Shown one piece after another: positions 57,287-62,038 of a stretch of DNA of 62,038 bases (position 1 is its first letter; each line of letters opens with the position of its first letter). The translations under genes were made by a program, and so were the position numbers. The notes under the pieces are model-generated. The model made no database searches. It was given only the letters and a program-made list of their open reading frames with translations, and was not told where the DNA came from. Source of the stretch: Methyloceanibacter sp. (GTDB lineage: Bacteria; Pseudomonadota; Alphaproteobacteria; Rhizobiales; Methyloligellaceae). The DNA lies in contig DASTKZ010000004.1 in assembly GCA_035715445.1 (NCBI GenBank), positions 1 to 62,038 of the forward strand, read 5' to 3'.

Positions 57287-59026
57287 ATGCCGCACGCCCC
57301 GCCGCTCGTTGCCACCATCGCGCTCGGCCTCGTGCTCGCCTTCAGCCTCGGCGTCGTCGCTCATCGCCTCAAGTTGCCGCCGCTCGTCGGCTACCTGGTT
57401 GCCGGAATCTTGATCGGACCGTTCACGCCGGGCTTCGTCGCCGACCAGAACATTGCCAATCAGCTCGCGGAGGTCGGCGTTATTCTCCTCATGTTCGGCG
57501 TTGGCTTGCACTTCTCGCCCAAGGACCTGCTGTCGGTGCGCGCTATCGCCATTTCGGGCGCGGCAGCGCAAGGGCTGATTGCCGTGCCGCTTGGCATTGG
57601 TGTCGGCTGGTTGCTCGGCTGGTCGCTTGGCGCCGGAATTATTTTTGGCATCGCGCTTGCGGTGGCGAGCACCGTGGTGGTGCTCAGGGTGTTGCAGGAG
57701 CGGCGGCTGCTCGAAACCGAACGCGGGCGGATCACCGTCGGCTGGCTGATCGTGCAGGACATTGCCATGATCCTCGTGCTCGTGCTCCTACCGGGGCTCG
57801 CCGCGCTGTTTCACGGGATGGAGACGGCGCCAAAATCGACGGAGATTCTTCTCTCGGTCACCACGGTTCTGGGGAAGTTCGGCATTTTCGTCGCCGTCAT
57901 GCTGATCGTGGGCAAGAAGCTCATTCCGGCGATCCTGCACTATGTCGCTCACACCGGGAGCCGCGAACTGTTTCGCCTTGCGGTCCTTTCCATCGCGCTC
58001 GGCGTCGCCTACGCCGCGGCGGAGCTGTTCGGCATCTCGCTCGCGCTCGGCGCCTTCTTCGCCGGCATGATCTTGAGCGAGTCCGCCCTCAGCCAGCAGG
58101 CCGCAACCGAATCGCTTCCCTTGCGCGACGCCTTCGCGGTTCTGTTCTTCGTCTCGGTCGGCATGCTGTTCAACCCCACGATTGTGACGAACGCGCCGCT
58201 TGCGCTGCTTGCAACCATTCTCATCATCGCTATCGCCAAGTCGGTCGCTGCCTATGGCGTCGTGCGCCTGTTCGGGCACACGGTCCCGGTCGCGCTCATC
58301 ATCTCCGCCTCGCTGGCGCAGATCGGCGAGTTCTCGTTCATCCTGGCCAATCGCAGCTTTGAATTCGCTCTCATCCCGGCTGAGGCGCGCGACCTCATTC
58401 TCGCCGGAGCCATCATCAGCATACTGATCAATCCGCTGCTTTTCGCCGCGCTCGATGTCTATGCCGCGCGGCGCGAGAAGCCGCCGGTCGAAGCGGCGCC
58501 GGAGCAGAAGGAGGATGAGACCAAAATGCGCGAGCCTGTACCTCCGACCGCGCTCACGGGCCATGTGGTGCTCGTCGGCCATGGCCGGGTCGGCGGCTTT
58601 ATCAGCGCGGCGCTGATGGAACGGAAGATTCCGCTCTTCATCATCGAGGACAGCGATGACAGGGTCGCCGCCTTGCGGCAACTCGGCGTCGAGGCGATTA
58701 CCGGCAACGCGGCCGACCCCGAGGTGATCCGGGCGGCGAATTTGGGCGCGGCGCGCTGCCTGCTCGTGGCTATCCCCGACGCGTTCGAGGGCGGGCAGGT
58801 GGTGCAGCAGGCCCGCGCCATCAATCCCGCCCTCCCCATAGTCGCCAGGGCACATTTCGAGGAGGAGATCGGCCACCTCAAACGGCACGGCGCCAACATC
58901 GTGGTGATGGGCGAGCATGAGATTGCGAAGACGATGCTCGACACCGTGCCCGCCGCCGCAACGCCGGCCGACCAGCCTGCCGGCGCTGCCGAACTGTCTC
59001 CCCGCGTCAGCCCGGTAGCCACTTAA
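57287..59026 (+). CDS. ybaL: CPA2 cation:proton antiporter with TrkA-N domain (YbaL/RosB-like), copy 1
   Basis: PLVGYL, GVILLMFGVGLHFS, LRDAFAVLFFVSVGM, AQIGEFSF, GHGRVG; GGAGG RBS. Confidence 0.92.
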   Translation: MPHAPPLVATIALGLVLAFSLGVVAHRLKLPPLVGYLVAGILIGPFTPGFVADQNIANQLAEVGVILLMFGVGLHFSPKDLLSVRAIAISGAAAQGLIAVPLGIGVGWLLGWSLGAGIIFGIALAVASTVVVLRVLQERRLLETERGRITVGWLIVQDIAMILVLVLLPGLAALFHGMETAPKSTEILLSVTTVLGKFGIFVAVMLIVGKKLIPAILHYVAHTGSRELFRLAVLSIALGVAYAAAELFGISLALGAFFAGMILSESALSQQAATESLPLRDAFAVLFFVSVGMLFNPTIVTNAPLALLATILIIAIAKSVAAYGVVRLFGHTVPVALIISASLAQIGEFSFILANRSFEFALIPAEARDLILAGAIISILINPLLFAALDVYAARREKPPVEAAPEQKEDETKMREPVPPTALTGHVVLVGHGRVGGFISAALMERKIPLFIIEDSDDRVAALRQLGVEAITGNAADPEVIRAANLGAARCLLVAIPDAFEGGQVVQQARAINPALPIVARAHFEEEIGHLKRHGANIVVMGEHEIAKTMLDTVPAAATPADQPAGAAELSPRVSPVAT

Positions 59027-59041
59027 GTCCGAGCCGATCCC

Positions 59042-60772
59042 ATGCCGCACTACACGCCGCTCATCACGACGATCGTCGCCGCGCTCACTCTAGCGTGGGC
59101 GTTCGCGGCCGTGGCCCATCGGCTGAAACTCCCGCCGCTCGTCGGCTATCTGCTCGCCGGTATCGCCATCGGACCGTTCACGCCGGGCTTCGTCGCGGAC
59201 CAAAACATTGCCAATGAGCTTGCCGAGATCGGCGTCATTCTCTTGATGTTCGGCGTCGGTTTGCACTTCTCGCTCGAGGACCTCCTCTCGGTCAGGAAGA
59301 TCTCCGTTCCGGGCGCTCTCGCCCAAATTCTATGCGCTACGCTGCTCGGCTTAGGCCTTGCCATGTGGCTAGGCTGGCCGCTCGGGGCGGGGCTCGTGTT
59401 CGGACTTGCGCTCTCGGTGGCGAGCACCGTCGTCTTGCTGCGCGCCTTGCAGGAGCGGCGCCTGATCGAGACCGAACGCGGCCGGATCGCGGTGGGGTGG
59501 CTCATCGTCGAGGACATCGCCATGGTGCTCGCGCTTGTCCTCTTGCCGGTCGTTGCCGGCTTGCTCACCGGTGCGGGGGCAGGGACGAGCGTGGCGGACG
59601 TCGCGCTCGCGATCGGCCTGACCGGCGCCAAGATCGCGGCCTTCGTCGCCATCATGCTCATCGTCGGCAAGCGGGTCATCCCCTGGATCCTGCATGCCAT
59701 GGCGCATTCCGGCTCGCGCGAGATGTTCCGCCTGTCGGTGCTCGTGATCGCGCTCGGCACGGCGTTCGCGGCAGCGGAGCTGTTCGGCGTGTCGTTCGCG
59801 CTCGGAGCCTTCTTCGCCGGCATGATCTTGAGCGAGTCGAAGCTGAGTCAACAGGCCGCGACCGAGACCTTGCCGCTGCGCGACGCCTTCGCGGTGCTGT
59901 TCTTCGTCTCCGTCGGCATGCTGTTTGATCCCACCATTCTCATACGGGAGCCGGTGCCGGTTGTGGCGACGCTGCTCATCATCATCGTCGGCAAGTCGCT
60001 GGCCGCTTACGCCATCGTGCGCGCCTTCGGCTATTCCAACGCGACCGCGCTCACCATTTCCGCTTCGCTCGCGCAGATCGGGGAATTCTCCTTCATCCTC
60101 GCCAATCTCGGCGTCGATCTGCAGCTCCTATCCGAGCCCGGCCGCGACCTCATTCTTGCCGGCGCCATCATCTCCATCATCCTCAACCCATTCCTGTTTT
60201 CCGCGCTCGACTGGATAAGCGCCCGGCAGGAAACGCAGCCCGCCAAGGCGCCGTCAGCGCGCGCGGGCGAAACCGGTCCGCGCGAGACGATCGAGCCCAC
60301 GAGCCTCAAGGACCATGTGGTCTTGATCGGCCATGGCCGGGTCGGTCGCGCCGTCAGCGCCGCCTTGCGCGCGCAAAAGGTGCCGCTCTTCGTCATCGAA
60401 GACGACGCGGAAGCGGTCGGCGCACTCAAAGCCCAGGGCATCGAGGCGCTGGCCGGCAACGCCGCCGATCCGGAGGTGCTCCAGGCGGCGAACCTAGGCG
60501 TCGCGCGCTGCCTTCTCGTTGCCATTCCGGACGCGTTCGAGGGCGGCCAGGTCGTGCAGCAGGCGCGCGCCGTCAATTCGTCGCTCCCCATCATCGCCCG
60601 GGCGCATTTCGAGGAAGAGATCGACCATCTCAAGCGGCACGGCGCCAATGTCGTGGTGATGGGCGAGCACGAAATCGCGAAGTCGATGCTCGTCAATATT
60701 GCCGAGGTCGCGCCCAAACGCGCGGGATATCCCCGCCAGGCCACGAAACCCAAGCGGCCGAAGGCGCGCTAG
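59042..60772 (+). CDS. ybaL: CPA2 cation:proton antiporter with TrkA-N domain (YbaL/RosB-like), copy 2
   Basis: Same motifs as copy 1, with WLIVED. Confidence 0.93.
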   Translation: MPHYTPLITTIVAALTLAWAFAAVAHRLKLPPLVGYLLAGIAIGPFTPGFVADQNIANELAEIGVILLMFGVGLHFSLEDLLSVRKISVPGALAQILCATLLGLGLAMWLGWPLGAGLVFGLALSVASTVVLLRALQERRLIETERGRIAVGWLIVEDIAMVLALVLLPVVAGLLTGAGAGTSVADVALAIGLTGAKIAAFVAIMLIVGKRVIPWILHAMAHSGSREMFRLSVLVIALGTAFAAAELFGVSFALGAFFAGMILSESKLSQQAATETLPLRDAFAVLFFVSVGMLFDPTILIREPVPVVATLLIIIVGKSLAAYAIVRAFGYSNATALTISASLAQIGEFSFILANLGVDLQLLSEPGRDLILAGAIISIILNPFLFSALDWISARQETQPAKAPSARAGETGPRETIEPTSLKDHVVLIGHGRVGRAVSAALRAQKVPLFVIEDDAEAVGALKAQGIEALAGNAADPEVLQAANLGVARCLLVAIPDAFEGGQVVQQARAVNSSLPIIARAHFEEEIDHLKRHGANVVVMGEHEIAKSMLVNIAEVAPKRAGYPRQATKPKRPKAR

Positions 60773-61134
60773 CGGGAAGCAGCCGCGAGCGCGTCGGCCT
60801 CTTCGTCGGTGAAGACGCGGCTCCGGGTCAGGAAGCGCACGCCTTCGGGCGCTTCAACCGAGAAGCCGTGGCCGCGGCCGGGAACGACGTCGATGATGAG
60901 CTGGGTGTGCTTCCAGTAGTCGAACTGGTCGGCGTCCATATAGAAGGGAGCGCCGCCGATCTCGCCGAGCTTCACGTCGTTGCCGCCGACGCGGAACTCG
61001 GCTTCGGGATAGCACATCGGCGCCGAACCGTCGCAGCAGCCGCCCGATTGATGGAACATCAAGGGCCCATGCTTGGCGCGCAGCCGCTCGATCAGCTTGA
61101 GCGTTTCATCCGTGGCGAGGACGCGTTCGACCAT
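60769..61134 (-). CDS. DUF779 family protein
   Basis: HGPLMFHQSGGCCDGSAPMC, YWKHTQL.IDVV.GRG. Confidence 0.92.
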   Translation of the reverse strand: MVERVLATDETLKLIERLRAKHGPLMFHQSGGCCDGSAPMCYPEAEFRVGGNDVKLGEIGGAPFYMDADQFDYWKHTQLIIDVVPGRGHGFSVEAPEGVRFLTRSRVFTDEEADALAAASR

Positions 61135-61230
61135 GAGGGAGCATAGCGCAAAAAGCCGCCCTTTTGACGATGAACCTGGCGAAGGCACGCGGCGTCGAAC
61201 GTGTATCCAGACCCGCGAGAGGAGATTGCC

Positions 61231-61488
61231 ACGACCCGCACAGCCATCCGCCACAGGCTTTCCGCCCTTGCCGCCGCCGCGCTCATCGTCGCTGTTGCCG
61301 GCAGCTCGGCTTCGGCTCAAGACTGGGACTACGTCAATAGGGCTCGCGGAATGTTGTTCCCTCCCGGTCAAGCAGGCGGCGTGGCGGAACGCGCTCACGG
61401 GCTCGCTACGAAGACGCATTCGCAGCGCGCAAGGTCAGTCTCCGACCAAGCCGTCCAAAAAGGGTTGTCGCTCTCGGACGAACAGTAG
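61231..61488 (+). pseudogene. Secreted small protein with ACG in place of the start codon (possible pseudogene)
   Basis: GAGGAG-N6-ACG, then a clear signal peptide TRTAIRHRLSALAAAALIVAVAGSSASA. Confidence 0.4.
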
Positions 61489-61691
61489 CTTGGCGTGACC
61501 CCGACCGTGGCACGCAACGTCTAAGAGAACGTCGCAGAATAGGAACGCTGACAGGGTGGTTTCGCTTTCTGCACCACCTGGCGCGGAACGGGACGCGGGA
61601 GACATCAAGGAGACCTCGGCGATGCTCCCGCCTCCAAGGCCCTTCGGCCCTTATCGCTCATAGCTCGCTTCGGCGGGCGCCCCTAAAAACC

Positions 61692-61928
61692 TCAGTGCTG
61701 ATGGAATGCACCGAGACAGCGTTCGAACAGCATCTCAACATCCAATTGCCGCGGCTTGGCATATGTCATGATGCACGTTGCCAAGAGACGCCTAGCGTCT
61801 TCGCGCTCTTTTTCGTCCCTGTCATAGCCCTCTGCGCGAAGCCTCTCCCAAACTCGTTCGAACACCTCGTGAAGGGTCTTCAGATCGTCTGGTCCGAAGG
61901 CCGATGTATCCTCGTGACGGAACGGCAT
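61692..61928 (-). CDS. Small hypothetical protein
   Basis: MPFR...FGPDDL..L..VF...W..L pattern typical of small rhizobial hypotheticals; GAGG RBS. Confidence 0.65.
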   Translation of the reverse strand: MPFRHEDTSAFGPDDLKTLHEVFERVWERLRAEGYDRDEKEREDARRLLATCIMTYAKPRQLDVEMLFERCLGAFHQH

Positions 61929-62038
61929 GTGCTCTGCCTCACAGATCACATTCAAGGCGCGCTTACGGCCGTCGCTTTTTGAATTCACCTAAAGCGCGTT
62001 GTGCTCGCCGCCGCCGGCCTTCACCCTGCCGGGCGAAT

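Overview
A high-GC alphaproteobacterial chromosome segment. Gene content and order suggest Hyphomicrobiales, possibly a Methyloceanibacter-like methylotroph; this taxonomy is an inference. The left half (1-28 kb) is mostly core or near-core: a type III PKS/methyltransferase/flavoprotein trio, a GH3 hydrolase, cytochrome bd, a frameshifted photolyase, a macrodomain protein, a cytochrome c, a Zur-controlled zinc ABC operon, ispG, ispA, mtgA, rpmF, chaC-tyrC-hisC, metXW, gloB and phbAB-phaR. The region 28-55 kb is an amine-catabolism island. It holds a canonical N-methylglutamate pathway (mgsABC-gmaS with an XRE-cupin regulator; mgdABCD/soxBDAG with a GlxA-type regulator). It also holds a second, divergent pathway-like operon next to a GntR regulator: a stand-alone SoxB-like flavoprotein, a non-GmaS glutamine-synthetase-like ligase, Mgs-like A/B/C subunits whose C subunit keeps the Fe-S cysteines, and an unknown 147-aa protein, followed by a non-canonical Amt transporter with a small membrane partner. 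The amt and mgsA promoters share a near-identical operator/promoter architecture. A more AT-rich two-component cassette interrupts the island. The right end has an outer-membrane barrel, tandem YbaL antiporter paralogs and small hypotheticals. I found no rRNA, tRNA, CRISPR array or transposase. All product calls come from motif recognition by eye, with no database search.
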